Positions 9,788-19,732 of a stretch of DNA of 64,000 nucleotides are shown piece after piece (within the stretch, counting starts at the first letter, position 1; every line of letters begins with the position of its first letter). The position numbers and the translations under genes were made by a program. The stretch comes from Microcoleus sp. (GTDB taxonomy: Bacteria > Cyanobacteriota > Cyanobacteriia > Cyanobacteriales > Microcoleaceae). Under the pieces are notes generated by a model. The model was given only the letters and a program-made list of their open reading frames with translations. It was not told the DNA's origin and did not search any database. The DNA lies in the NCBI GenBank assembly GCA_052279835.1, contig CP181291.1, positions 1,088,001-1,152,000 on the forward strand. Reading direction: 5' to 3'.

Positions 9788-11893
9788 ATGCTTGGAATCA
9801 CACTCAGCAGTCGCTACAACATTATCCGTCACTTGGGAGGCGGCGGATTTGCTCAAACTTACCTAGCCGAAGATAGGCAATTACCAGGAAATCACCTCTG
9901 CGTCGTCAAGCAACTCAAACCCCAAACAACAGATCCCAACAGTCTACAAATAGCTAGACGTTTGTTTGATACCGAAGCACAAGTTTTGTACAAGTTGGGA
10001 AATCACGATCGCATTCCCCGGCTTTTCGCCTACTTTGAAGAAAATCAAGAATTTTATTTAGTTCAAGAATTTATAGAAGGTCATGATTTAAGTCAAGAAA
10101 TTATCCCCCCTTCTAGCCCTGGGGGGGCCGCCAGTTGCATGAAGGAAAATCAAGTCCTTGGCATCTTACAGGAAATTCTCGAAATTCTCAACTTTGTACA
10201 CCAGCAAAATGTGATTCACCGCGATGTCAATCCCCGCAACATCCTCCGCAGAGATCGAGACGGAAAATTAGTTTTAATAGACTTTGGTGCAGTCAAAGAA
10301 ATTACTACTAAAATCACCAATCCTCATGCCAAAAACAGCTTAAGCGTCAGCATTGGTACCCCCGGTTATATGCCTAGCGAACAAGCCCACGGCAACCCAA
10401 AACTCAGCAGCGATATATATGCAACAGGCACGATCGCCATTCAATGCCTCACAGGCATAATTCCCCACCAATTACCAAAAGACCCAGATACAGAGGAAAT
10501 TATTTGGCAGGACAAAGCATCAGTCACTCCAGAATTTGCTAAGGTTTTAGATAAAATGGTGCGCTACGATTTTCGCCAGCGTTATGCTAGTGCCGGCGAA
10601 GCCTTGGAAGCGATTAAAGAATTAAAAACAGCAACCAGCGGTACTGTGCCTTTATTGTCTCCTATCGTGACTCCCAAAGGCCCAGTCAAATCTCGTAAAA
10701 AACTGTATTTAAAAATATTGTCGATCGCCAGTTTAATTAGCCTCACTATCCTAGCATTGACTTATACTGTCAACACTCTGAATTCAGCTAACGCCACAGA
10801 TTTACACAAGCGTGGCAATACTCTTTACAATTTAAACCGATTTCCCGAAGCTCTAGAAGCTTACGATCGCGCCCTTAATCTAAAACCAGACTACGCCGAA
10901 GTGTGGCAAGAAAAAGCCAAAACTTTGTCCGAACTGAAACAATATCGAGCATCCCAGTCAGCCTATGACAAAGCAATAGAATTAAATCCCGAATATCTAG
11001 AAGCTTGGACTGGACGCGGTTATGTTTTGGAAAAATTGCAACAAGCTCAAGAGGCGATCGCCTCTTTTGAACACGCCTTAAAAATCCAGCCAGACTATCC
11101 CCCAGCGTGGCAAGGTAGAGGCGATTCACTCTTAAATTCCCAGCGGTACGAAGAAGCGATCGCCTCTTACGAAAAAGCCGTCAAATTTCAGCCAAACCTA
11201 TACCAAGCTTGGTACAATCAGGGACAAGCCTACCAGAATTTAAAGCAGTACGAACAAGCCATAAACTCCTATCAAAAAACAGTAGAAATTAAATCAGACA
11301 ACCCGGAAGCCTGGTACAATTTAGGGAATGTTTTCCTAGAATTGAACAAAAATCAAGAAGCTTTGGACTCCTACGAAAAAGCCGTGCGCTTTCAACCAAA
11401 ATTTTACCAAGGCTGGTATAGCAAAGGCATCGCTTTGTTGAAAATGCGACGGCATGAAGCAGCGGTTGAAGCTTACGAACAAGCTATTAAACTCAAACCC
11501 GACTACTATCAAGCCTGGTACAATTTAGGCTGGTCTTACCACGAATTACGCAGATACGAATCAGCAATTGAATGTTACAGCAAAGCCCTAGATTTAAACC
11601 CAAAGGAGTATCAAGCTTGGTACAACAGAGGGAATGCACAATACAATTTGAAGCGGTACGAAGATGCGATCGCCTCTTACAATGAAGCTGTCTATGTCAA
11701 GCCAGACTACCCCGAAGCCTGGTACAGTCGTGGTAATGCCCTGGTAGCAGTCAAAAGATATCAAGAGGCGATCGACTCCTACGACAAAGCACTTCGCTAT
11801 AGACTAGATTATGGAGCCGCGATGGAAGCAAAAAAGCGCGCTGAAAGTCAGCTAGGAAACCATCAGCCCCAACTCATACCCAATCCAGGTTAA
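9788..11893 (+). CDS. Ser/Thr protein kinase with transmembrane helix and TPR repeats
   Basis: LGGGGFAQTY, VVKQL, IHRDVNPRNI, IDFG, GTPGYMP; TM segment; many AWYN.G TPR units. Confidence 0.93.
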   Translation: MLGITLSSRYNIIRHLGGGGFAQTYLAEDRQLPGNHLCVVKQLKPQTTDPNSLQIARRLFDTEAQVLYKLGNHDRIPRLFAYFEENQEFYLVQEFIEGHDLSQEIIPPSSPGGAASCMKENQVLGILQEILEILNFVHQQNVIHRDVNPRNILRRDRDGKLVLIDFGAVKEITTKITNPHAKNSLSVSIGTPGYMPSEQAHGNPKLSSDIYATGTIAIQCLTGIIPHQLPKDPDTEEIIWQDKASVTPEFAKVLDKMVRYDFRQRYASAGEALEAIKELKTATSGTVPLLSPIVTPKGPVKSRKKLYLKILSIASLISLTILALTYTVNTLNSANATDLHKRGNTLYNLNRFPEALEAYDRALNLKPDYAEVWQEKAKTLSELKQYRASQSAYDKAIELNPEYLEAWTGRGYVLEKLQQAQEAIASFEHALKIQPDYPPAWQGRGDSLLNSQRYEEAIASYEKAVKFQPNLYQAWYNQGQAYQNLKQYEQAINSYQKTVEIKSDNPEAWYNLGNVFLELNKNQEALDSYEKAVRFQPKFYQGWYSKGIALLKMRRHEAAVEAYEQAIKLKPDYYQAWYNLGWSYHELRRYESAIECYSKALDLNPKEYQAWYNRGNAQYNLKRYEDAIASYNEAVYVKPDYPEAWYSRGNALVAVKRYQEAIDSYDKALRYRLDYGAAMEAKKRAESQLGNHQPQLIPNPG

Positions 11894-11945
11894 AAAACCC
11901 CTCGATCGAAGGGGTGAGTAACTGGGATTTAGCATCAAGCCATCA

Positions 11946-12599
11946 TCATCGAACAGCAGGAGAAATTAACGTCACCCGGCGGCTGTCTACCAACATGGGC
12001 CAAAAACCTCGATCGCTCAATGCTTTTACCGCAGCAGTAGCAGCAGCTTGATCCGTTGTATAAGCCACGAACAAAAAAGGACGCTGCCCGTAAGAAGCTA
12101 AGCCTACTTGCTTCCCTAAAACTTGCCTCACTTGGGAGGCTAATTCCGGTTGGTTAAAATAATCCACCAACACAGCATAACCGGCACCCAGGGGTTGGGG
12201 ATTAAAGCCCACACTGCCATTGTCGGGATTAGTAGCTGGTTCAGGATTGTAGACTGGCAAATCTTGGGTAATAGATTGCGCGGGCGATCGCACCACATAA
12301 GCCCGTAATCCGACAACTTCTTCGATATATTTCACCCAATCGCGAGCGATTTGCGAATTGCGAAAGCCGCCAACTCGCGTTACCGTGTCAGTGATATATT
12401 GGCAAACTGTATTATTAGTATTTCCCGGAAAAGAACGTCTGGCTATTTCTTGCTGTTCCGGGGTTTTGGTAACAATTAACAGTAGATACTCATCGGACTG
12501 AGGCGGTTGGCAACTCGGCTGAGCTTTCACAGAAATCGATGAAATTGTCAATGCAAAAATGGCGATGAAGCCAGCATAAAATATCCGCAACTTAACCAT
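11946..12599 (-). CDS. Conserved cyanobacterial exported hypothetical protein
   Basis: Signal-peptide-like N-terminus; 217-aa ORF filling the gap next to ycf54. Confidence 0.7.
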   Translation of the reverse strand: MVKLRIFYAGFIAIFALTISSISVKAQPSCQPPQSDEYLLLIVTKTPEQQEIARRSFPGNTNNTVCQYITDTVTRVGGFRNSQIARDWVKYIEEVVGLRAYVVRSPAQSITQDLPVYNPEPATNPDNGSVGFNPQPLGAGYAVLVDYFNQPELASQVRQVLGKQVGLASYGQRPFLFVAYTTDQAAATAAVKALSDRGFWPMLVDSRRVTLISPAVR

Positions 12600-12668
12600 A
12601 AAATTGTTGATTTTGCTGATAAATATTGCCAGCTTTACAATCTAGCTTTTTGCTTTTTGCTAATTTGT

Positions 12669-12995
12669 TCATGCTAACTGTAGGGATGCTAAGGCATCGG
12701 GGATAGTTTCTGAAGGTGATTCAAATTCACCTGTCAGTACATATTCTAATCGCAGTTTCAACCAAGTGATGAATTTAGGATCGGTGGAAATAATAGCCGC
12801 TGAGGGCTGAGGGCATTTTGCCTTAACTTTCGCCATTGTCGGTGCTTCTAGGAAAGCTGGCTGTTTAACTAACCAGAAGTCTATTTGTTTTTCTTGTTCT
12901 TGGTAGTTGCGAGTTCTTTCTTTGAATATTTCATCTAGGGCTTCCTCTTCTAGTAAAAAGCGCTGGCTAGCTAAAACGTAGTAGTAGGTTGACAT
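12669..12995 (-). CDS. ycf54: Mg-protoporphyrin IX monomethyl ester cyclase accessory protein Ycf54
   Basis: TYYYVLASQRFLLEEE...ER.RNY.E..K.IDFWLV.QPAFL...FITWLKLRLEYV signature. Confidence 0.93.
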   Translation of the reverse strand: MSTYYYVLASQRFLLEEEALDEIFKERTRNYQEQEKQIDFWLVKQPAFLEAPTMAKVKAKCPQPSAAIISTDPKFITWLKLRLEYVLTGEFESPSETIPDALASLQLA

Positions 12996-13146
12996 TTTTT
13001 GTGCTTGTTAGAGATTAGTGGTTAGGGGTGAACCTCCCTCGTACCCTCATTTGTGCTGAGGTAGGAGCGGTGGGTTGAGTTGCTGGAGTGATTGAACTCT
13101 AAACTCTTTTGCCGTTTACTTTACCTTATTTGCTGTCATTTTTGCA

Positions 13147-13250
13147 AATATATTCGTAGGGGCGAAGCATGACCGCAGACAATTTATTAGCAATCGCCAG
13201 AGATTTACTGCGGTCATGCTTCGCCCTTACCAAAATGAGATGCACTACCA
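13147..13250. repeat. REP-like/MITE element (GTAGGGGCGAAGCATGACCGCAG...CTGCGGTCATGCTTCGCCC)
   Basis: Long inverted repeat; a near-identical core occurs at 56344-56423. Confidence 0.85.
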
Positions 13251-13255
13251 ACTGT

Positions 13256-14164
13256 TTAAGGAATAGCAACTTCTCGCAACAATCTGTCAACAATCGTCTT
13301 CGCCCTCCTCCCAGCCGCTGGAATTAATCGATGAGCAAGTACGTGGGGGGCCAAATTCTTGACATCATCGGGAGTCGCATAATCTCGGCCAGAAATAAAC
13401 GCTAAAGCTTGGGCCGCACGATGCAAAGATACAGCACCTCGCGGACTAACTCCCAGAGTAATCTCCTCATCTTCGCGAGTCGATCGCACCAAATTCACAA
13501 TATACTGTTTCAAGTGCCCTTCCACCTTGACCGTCGCGCACAAACGGCGCAACTCCTGCACCTGTTCCAAAGAAATACAAGGCTGCAAATCTTCCACCGC
13601 AAAACTATCAGACAGCCTCTCCAACATTTGCAACTCTTCCAACTGTGCAGGATAACCCAAAGTCAAAGATAAAGTGAAGCGATCCATCTGGGCTTCTGGT
13701 AGCGGAAAAGTGCCTTGATATTCGATCGGATTTTGAGTCGCAATCACAAAAAACGGTGCTGGAACATTCCGAGAAACCCCGTCTACTGTCACCTGCTTTT
13801 CTTCCATCACTTCCAGCAAAGCAGACTGAGTACGCGGTGTCGCCCGATTAATTTCATCCGCCAACAACACATTAGCAAACACTGGACCAGGCAAAAATTC
13901 AAACTTCCCGCTGCTAGGATTCCAAATATTAGTACCAGTGACATCAGTTGGTAGCAAATCGGGAGTACATTGAATCCGCTGAAACTTTCCATCGATAGAG
14001 CGGGCCAAAGACTTCGCCAACAGCGTTTTCCCTACACCAGGCACGTCTTCCAACAGCGCGTGTCCCCCCGAAAGCAGGGCTACAATCACCAAGCGAATCG
14101 CATCCGTCTTCCCAACAATAGTCTTGCCTAGATTTTGCTTGAGCCGATCGATGTTTTCTCTCAT
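13256..14164 (-). CDS. MoxR family AAA+ ATPase
   Basis: EDVPGVGKT Walker A, LLADEINRA, TQNPIE, LPEAQMDRF. Confidence 0.95.
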   Translation of the reverse strand: MRENIDRLKQNLGKTIVGKTDAIRLVIVALLSGGHALLEDVPGVGKTLLAKSLARSIDGKFQRIQCTPDLLPTDVTGTNIWNPSSGKFEFLPGPVFANVLLADEINRATPRTQSALLEVMEEKQVTVDGVSRNVPAPFFVIATQNPIEYQGTFPLPEAQMDRFTLSLTLGYPAQLEELQMLERLSDSFAVEDLQPCISLEQVQELRRLCATVKVEGHLKQYIVNLVRSTREDEEITLGVSPRGAVSLHRAAQALAFISGRDYATPDDVKNLAPHVLAHRLIPAAGRRAKTIVDRLLREVAIP

Positions 14165-14237
14165 TTTTCTGATTTTTAATTGTTGAAACCATTACAGAGA
14201 ATGCCATTTCCCATCTGCCATTTTCCCTAGCACTTCC

Positions 14238-15461
14238 CTATAACAACACACTTCTAGCAACATCACAATCTGCCTGAATTTGAGTTTTGAGAGCTTCCAG
14301 AGAAGGGAATTTTTGTTCAGGTCGCAAAAACTCCACCAAACTCACACTCAAGGTTTTACCGTACAAATCCCCAGACCAATCTAACAGGTGAACTTCCACT
14401 GTTGGTTGCTGACCGTCCACTGTGGGACGACAGCCCACATTCATCACCCCATTGACCAAAGATAAATCTAATGATTCTCCCGGTCTCAGAGATTTGGGAT
14501 TTTCCCACTTATAGGAAGAACTTTCATCTTGGAAGACTCCATCTCCATCCTCGATCGATACTCGCACTGCATATACACCAAAACGTGGCAAAAACTTGGA
14601 GGGTGGTAATTGAATATTAGCGGTAGGAAATCCGATTGTCCTGCCAAGCTGCTGTCCCCGAACTATGGGACCCACCAAACTGTAAGGACGGCCCAGCAAC
14701 TGATTTGCCCGTTGGAGGTCTCCGCTGGCTAGACTTTCGCGAATCACAGAACTGCTGATTCGTTCGCCACTACCGCAGGTGTGAAGTCCTACTAGAGTAA
14801 CATCAATGCCGTAGTTAGAGGCGATCGCCTGTAAATCCACAGCCGTGCCCGTCCGTCCCCGTCCAAAACGAAAATCCATCCCGACACTAATTCGACTCGC
14901 TTGCAGTTGTCCCACCAAAATTTCCTCGACAAACTCCTGGGCAGTCAAAGCCGCCAATTCGCGATCGAACGGCAACAGCACAAGCTGCTCCACACCGATT
15001 GCTTCTAGCAATTCTATCTTTTCTGCCAGAGGAGTCAGCAGTTTTTTTGCTTGACCAGTAAAAAACTCTTGTGGGTGCGGATCGAATGTCACCACCGTTC
15101 CGTAAAACCTCACGGCCCCATCAGAGTTCCAGCCTGGAATCTCATTGTCTTCAGTCCTAGTCTGGGACAAACCAACATCAGAATTCTTGCCCCAGTGGGC
15201 GAGCACGAGGCTGTCTGCCGGATCAAACTCCCTCCTAGTCTCCGGTTCAAAAACCAAATTTTCGTTGTTATTAGGCCCTGGTTGTCCTAAATCCCGCTGC
15301 GGTGCAGAAACAGTCGCCGAAATCTGCCCAGAATTTTCCCGAATCGATCGATTTAAAATTGGCTGCACGACTTGTCGATGCCCTAGGTGGAAACCATCAA
15401 AGTTTCCCAAGGCAACGGCAGTTGGAGTCAGAGCAGCAGTACAAGAATAAGTTACCCACAC
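14238..15461 (-). CDS. ribF: Bifunctional riboflavin kinase/FAD synthetase
   Basis: ALGNFDGFHLGH, ISSSVIR, GRTIGFPTAN, EVHLLD; two low-complexity insertions. Confidence 0.95.
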   Translation of the reverse strand: MWVTYSCTAALTPTAVALGNFDGFHLGHRQVVQPILNRSIRENSGQISATVSAPQRDLGQPGPNNNENLVFEPETRREFDPADSLVLAHWGKNSDVGLSQTRTEDNEIPGWNSDGAVRFYGTVVTFDPHPQEFFTGQAKKLLTPLAEKIELLEAIGVEQLVLLPFDRELAALTAQEFVEEILVGQLQASRISVGMDFRFGRGRTGTAVDLQAIASNYGIDVTLVGLHTCGSGERISSSVIRESLASGDLQRANQLLGRPYSLVGPIVRGQQLGRTIGFPTANIQLPPSKFLPRFGVYAVRVSIEDGDGVFQDESSSYKWENPKSLRPGESLDLSLVNGVMNVGCRPTVDGQQPTVEVHLLDWSGDLYGKTLSVSLVEFLRPEQKFPSLEALKTQIQADCDVARSVLL

Positions 15462-15476
15462 GCTTTAAATTTTCAC

Positions 15477-16802
15477 CAAAGAAATGGGTCTGAAGCCCCG
15501 TCACTTCGGCTACGCTCAGTGCATCGCCTTCGCTTGACGGCTTGAATTCTCCTAATTCTATCAGAGAGTTATAGTATAATAGAGTAAGTAAATAGCCCGC
15601 AAAAATGAAAGCAAGGTATCGCTACAGATTCTATCCAACCGACCAGCAGAAACAGAGCCTAGCTCAGTTGTTTGGCTGTGTTCGAGTAGTCTGGAACGAT
15701 GCGCTTGCACTGTGTAAACAGTCCGAAAAAAAACCTAAATCGGCAGACCTTCAAAAGCAGGTTATTACTCAAGCTAAACAAACCAAAGAAAGAGCATGGT
15801 TGAGTGAAGTCTCGGTAGTTCCATTACAACAATCTGTAGCCGATCGGGAAACAGCTTTTAAGAACTTTTTCGACTCCTGCAAAGGAAAGCGGAAAGGGCG
15901 CAAAGTTGGATATCCTAAGTTCAAGAAAAAAACTAACATCCAATCGGCAAGGCTTAATCTCCGTGGTTTTTCCATGAAGGAAGATGGCGGTGTCTATCTA
16001 GCTAAAATCGGCACAGTCAAGCCTATTTGGTCTAGAGCCTTGCCATCCGAACCTAGCTCTGTAACTGTCATCAAAGATTGTGCGAATCGCTATTTCCTCA
16101 GCTTTGTTGTAGAGATTAATCCCGATATTATCGAAGCCAAAAACCACAGCATCGGCATCGATTTGGGCATTAAAACCTTTGCAGTGATGAGCAATGGCGC
16201 TCAAATCGAAAGTCCTAGCTACAAAAAACTAGATCGGAAAATCCGCCAACTTCAGAAAAAACTAGCTCGTCAACAGAAGGACTCCAAACGTAGAAACAAA
16301 ACTCGAACCCAGATAGCCAAACTACACAATCAAATTTCAGACACTCGTAAAGACTTCTTGCACAAACTGTCTACTAAAATAGTTAACGAAAACCAAGTAA
16401 TTGTTTTGGAAGATTTAAATGTGTCTGGTATGTTGAAAAATCGAAAGCTCTCAAAAGCGATTAGCCAACAAGGTTGGTACGAATTTAGAGCTTTGTGCGA
16501 GGCAAAATCTGAAAAGTTTGGCAAAGAATTTAGAGTAATTAGTCGTTGGGAACCAACGAGTCAAGTATGTGCGGACTGCGGTTTTAAGTGGGGTAAATTA
16601 GACCTGTCAATTCGAGAATTAATCTGTTTAAACTGCGGTACACACCAAGACAGGGATTTGAACGCTGCGAGAATTATACAAAAAGTCGGGATTGGGCATA
16701 GCCACGACTGTAAATGGCCGCAGAGGGAAGGTAAGACTGCTTGCAGCACATCCCAATGAAGCGTCAAGAATCACCGCACTTTCAGGGCAGTGAGTATGTC
16801 AA
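15477..16802 (+). mobile_element. Non-autonomous IS200/IS605-family element (tnpB only)
   Basis: Left-end motif TGGGTCTGAAGCCCCGTC...GACGGCTT; right-end hairpin TCACCGC-loop-GCAGTGA followed by GTATGTCAA; no tnpA; left boundary approximate. Confidence 0.8.
15605..16759 (+). CDS. tnpB: RNA-guided endonuclease TnpB
   Basis: N-terminal YRFYP HTH; RuvC GIDLG / VLEDL / DRDLNAA all intact; CADC...CLNC zinc ribbon. Confidence 0.95.
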   Translation: MKARYRYRFYPTDQQKQSLAQLFGCVRVVWNDALALCKQSEKKPKSADLQKQVITQAKQTKERAWLSEVSVVPLQQSVADRETAFKNFFDSCKGKRKGRKVGYPKFKKKTNIQSARLNLRGFSMKEDGGVYLAKIGTVKPIWSRALPSEPSSVTVIKDCANRYFLSFVVEINPDIIEAKNHSIGIDLGIKTFAVMSNGAQIESPSYKKLDRKIRQLQKKLARQQKDSKRRNKTRTQIAKLHNQISDTRKDFLHKLSTKIVNENQVIVLEDLNVSGMLKNRKLSKAISQQGWYEFRALCEAKSEKFGKEFRVISRWEPTSQVCADCGFKWGKLDLSIRELICLNCGTHQDRDLNAARIIQKVGIGHSHDCKWPQREGKTACSTSQ

Positions 16803-16820
16803 ACACGTAGTCTGATTGCG
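16650..16820 (+). ncRNA. TnpB omegaRNA (right-end RNA) with flank-derived guide
   Basis: Overlaps the tnpB 3' end and right end; the predicted guide starts after TCAA (16803 ACACGTAGTCTGATTG...). Boundaries inferred from general TnpB biology. Confidence 0.7.
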
Positions 16821-16851
16821 ATCGTCATCCAAATTTATGTTGAAAATACAA

Positions 16852-17745
16852 CTAAATCACTTTCTCATCGCACGTTTCAGGGAGACTCTTTTCAGGAGGA
16901 AGCAACTGTAACGACAAACCTTCCCGCGCCATCAAGCTGTTCGGGAACCTTTGAGCAACTTGCTCTCCCACTTTGTCTAAGAACTCATCATTGTGCAAAG
17001 GATCGTGGTGAAAAATCACCAACTTTTTGACGTTAGCCGCCTTAGCCACTTTCACCGCTTCCTGCCAAGTTGAATGTCCCCAGCCAACCCGGCTCGACTT
17101 TTCCGAATAATACTCCTCATCCGTATAAGTAGCATCGTAGATCAGGACCTCAGCATCCTGAGCTAATTTCACCACATTTTTATCCAAGCTGTCTGCAAAA
17201 TGTTCTGTATCACTCACGTAAGCCGCCGCATAGCCCCGCCAGTTAACTCGGTAGCCCATAGCTTCTCCTGGATGGTTCAACAAAGCAGTTTCCACCTTGA
17301 TCTCCCCGATTTCCACTGTATCGCCGACTTTAATATCATTGAACTTCAGGTCTGCACCCATAATTTGTAGGGGAACTGGAAAATTTGGGTGAAGCATCTG
17401 GTCGTTCAGGCGCTGCTGGATAGTAGCTTGGTTAGGAGCAACAGCACCATAGATGTGAAAACAATTGCCCTTGACAAAAGCTGGGACAAAAAACGGAAAT
17501 CCTTGAATGTGATCCCAGTGAGAGTGAGTGAAAAACATATGAGCTTCTACAGGCATCTGCGACAGGAGAGTTTGTCCCAAAACCCGTAACCCTGTACCGC
17601 CATCGAAAATCAAGCGGCTGTCACCCACTCGCATTTCAATACAGGGTGTGTTGCCCCCGTAACGTACTGTTTCAGCTCCCGGAGACGCTATGCTACCTCT
17701 AACGCCCCAGAAGTGAACTGTGAATTGGCTTTGCATACTAGACAT
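16852..17745 (-). CDS. MBL-fold metallo-hydrolase
   Basis: FWGVRGSI, YGGNTPC, THSHWDH metal motif, WGHSTW, FHHDP. Confidence 0.92.
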   Translation of the reverse strand: MSSMQSQFTVHFWGVRGSIASPGAETVRYGGNTPCIEMRVGDSRLIFDGGTGLRVLGQTLLSQMPVEAHMFFTHSHWDHIQGFPFFVPAFVKGNCFHIYGAVAPNQATIQQRLNDQMLHPNFPVPLQIMGADLKFNDIKVGDTVEIGEIKVETALLNHPGEAMGYRVNWRGYAAAYVSDTEHFADSLDKNVVKLAQDAEVLIYDATYTDEEYYSEKSSRVGWGHSTWQEAVKVAKAANVKKLVIFHHDPLHNDEFLDKVGEQVAQRFPNSLMAREGLSLQLLPPEKSLPETCDEKVI

Positions 17746-17799
17746 GGGTTTTCCTGCAAGATTGCTCCGGCGATCTGTTGGTAAGGTGTTTACATCTTG

Positions 17800-17955
17800 T
17801 TGACATACTCACCGCCCTAAAAGTGCGGTGATTCTTGACGCTTCACCAGGGTCTGCTACCAAAGTAGTCTTACGTCCCTTCTGCGTCCGTTTAGAGTCGT
17901 GGCAATGCCCTATCCCGACTTTATTTATTTTTTTAGCTGCATTCAAGTCTCTGTC
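17800..17955 (-). ncRNA. Stand-alone TnpB omegaRNA/right-end copy without tnpB
   Basis: The reverse complement aligns with 16648-16802, from the DRDLNAA codons to GTATGTCAA. Confidence 0.7.
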
Positions 17956-18372
17956 TTTGTAAGGGCTGTGCCATCAAACCTCTGCTCTGGGAAGTCTCGA
18001 TCGCAACTATGATTTTTTTGAGCAGTGTTTGTTAGCAAATGTTAACAAATACATTATTTGAGATGCTGTCTCGAATTTTGTGTGTATCCAATATTGATAG
18101 CAGCATTCCCATCTCGATTACAAATGTTACCACTACTTTACCGGGTTTGAGGCCGATCGGACAAAGTGGAAGGCCCCCTATCTCCTGCTCCCAGCCAGGA
18201 GGGAGTGCTATCAACAAGCACTCGTTTAATGATAACTGAACTCTAGCAGTTTAGGGTAAAGAAGTGGCTAGATGCCCCGTCGAGGCTTCCCAGACCATTG
18301 GGCGATCGGGTCAAGGGGAGCATTACTGCTCCACCCCCTCCTATCCCCGAACAACTCTGCCGATAACTTGAA

Positions 18373-18400
18373 GTATAATGTAGCTATTACTACATTATAC
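18373..18400. promoter_or_regulatory. Palindromic operator containing a TGTA-N8-TACA NtcA-like box
   Basis: GTATAATGTAG-CTATTA-CTACATTATAC; GTA at 18380, TAC ending at 18393. Confidence 0.5.
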
Positions 18401-18785
18401 CCCTTTAACTAATTTGACACAGGAATTAATGAGTATTTACAAAAGCGATATTATCCCATTATATGCGGTCATAAAAATCAACAAAATAGTTGATATCTAC
18501 CCAAAAATTATGGGTAACGACCACCGAGATAGTGAATATTAATTTAACACAAATACCCTCATATTTTATCATAAAAAAACAGTGGTTTCACGGGATATTT
18601 TAATACAAAAAACAAATTAATTCTGCGTCAAAGCTATGGATTGAGGAGTTTGGATGCCATGATTTTTTTGGGAGTGAGCTTGCCTAGGATATTCCAAGGT
18701 TTTTGCATTTAGTGGTAGGCGGTTCTCACCCTCATTGCTGCTTGTTGTTACTATTTCAATATACAAATTGATCCAAAAACTCAGT

Positions 18786-19700
18786 ATGGAACGAGTCAAA
18801 AAAACTACAGCCAAAATGCCTCCCAGACAAGAGGAACAGTCAGAAGCTAATGACCAACTGCGATCGGACCACTTGCAGAAATTACCCTCATCCATGACCG
18901 ATGTCCAGGTTTTGAAGAAATATACACCGGAAAACCGTCCATTTCCTCAAACTATACCAACAGCAGTTCCTGAGTCAGCCAGACACCCCAGGACTGACTT
19001 TCAAAGATCCTCGAACCGGCCTGTGGTTTCTACTACCTTGCTCAAATGGCTGTTAGGGCGTTGGAATCGATCGTCTGGCACCCTGGCAGTTTTAACAGCT
19101 TCAGCAGTTTGGGGCTGGTGGAACAGTCAATTGCTGGCTGCTACGGGCTTGGGCATCGGAGCGATGATGTTGGTTTACCGGGCACAGTCCTGGGATTGGC
19201 AACAATTGCGATCGCATATGGAGCAATTTTGGGACAGCCCCAGCCGACGCTTGGTAGTAGCGGTGGGTAGTGGCGGCCTTGCTACTTTAGGAACTTACAT
19301 GAGTTTTTCGATTTGGGCACAGTCTGAGAGTAACTGGATGGCTCTGAGCGCAATTTTACAAAATTTGGGGACGATCGCCATTGTGGTATTTTTGGTACGG
19401 CAAGTCTGGAGCCAAAGTGCTTCCAAAGATGAAGCGGTAGTAGATGGCATCCTGGCGGATTTGACGGATGCAGACCCTGTAAAGCGTTTGATAGCAGTGT
19501 GGCAAATGACCGATTTGGTCAAAAGTCCTGGGTTTTGGAAACCCAGTTCCCTGAAAAATTCCATCGGCCTGTCGCACACTGCTGAGTGCTTTCGCTTGAT
19601 GCTGAATCAAGAACCAGAAGCTATAGTCCGCAATGCCCTTCTAGAAGCTTTGCAGACTTTGGACTCTCTACATTGTTCTGAAAAAACCAAATCAAGCTGA
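18786..19700 (+). CDS. Hypothetical membrane protein with HEAT-like C-terminus
   Basis: Several hydrophobic helices; DADPVKRLIAV and EPEAIVRNALLEAL HEAT-like segments; start placed at ATG 18786 (ORF is open from 18735). Confidence 0.7.
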   Translation: MERVKKTTAKMPPRQEEQSEANDQLRSDHLQKLPSSMTDVQVLKKYTPENRPFPQTIPTAVPESARHPRTDFQRSSNRPVVSTTLLKWLLGRWNRSSGTLAVLTASAVWGWWNSQLLAATGLGIGAMMLVYRAQSWDWQQLRSHMEQFWDSPSRRLVVAVGSGGLATLGTYMSFSIWAQSESNWMALSAILQNLGTIAIVVFLVRQVWSQSASKDEAVVDGILADLTDADPVKRLIAVWQMTDLVKSPGFWKPSSLKNSIGLSHTAECFRLMLNQEPEAIVRNALLEALQTLDSLHCSEKTKSS

Positions 19701-19732
19701 GTCGTTAAAAATTAAATTTGAATTCGGAATTT

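Noticed and set aside
13020..13110. Possible structured RNA upstream of ycf54
   Set aside because: Only a modest hairpin, and I recognise no RNA family.
15605..16759. Nuclease-dead TnpB (TldR-like regulator) or Cas12f
   Set aside because: All three RuvC acidic residues are present, IS ends flank the gene, and there is no CRISPR array.
18032..18239. Overlapping 61/66-aa ORFs in the intergenic region
   Set aside because: No motif or clear RBS; likely non-coding.
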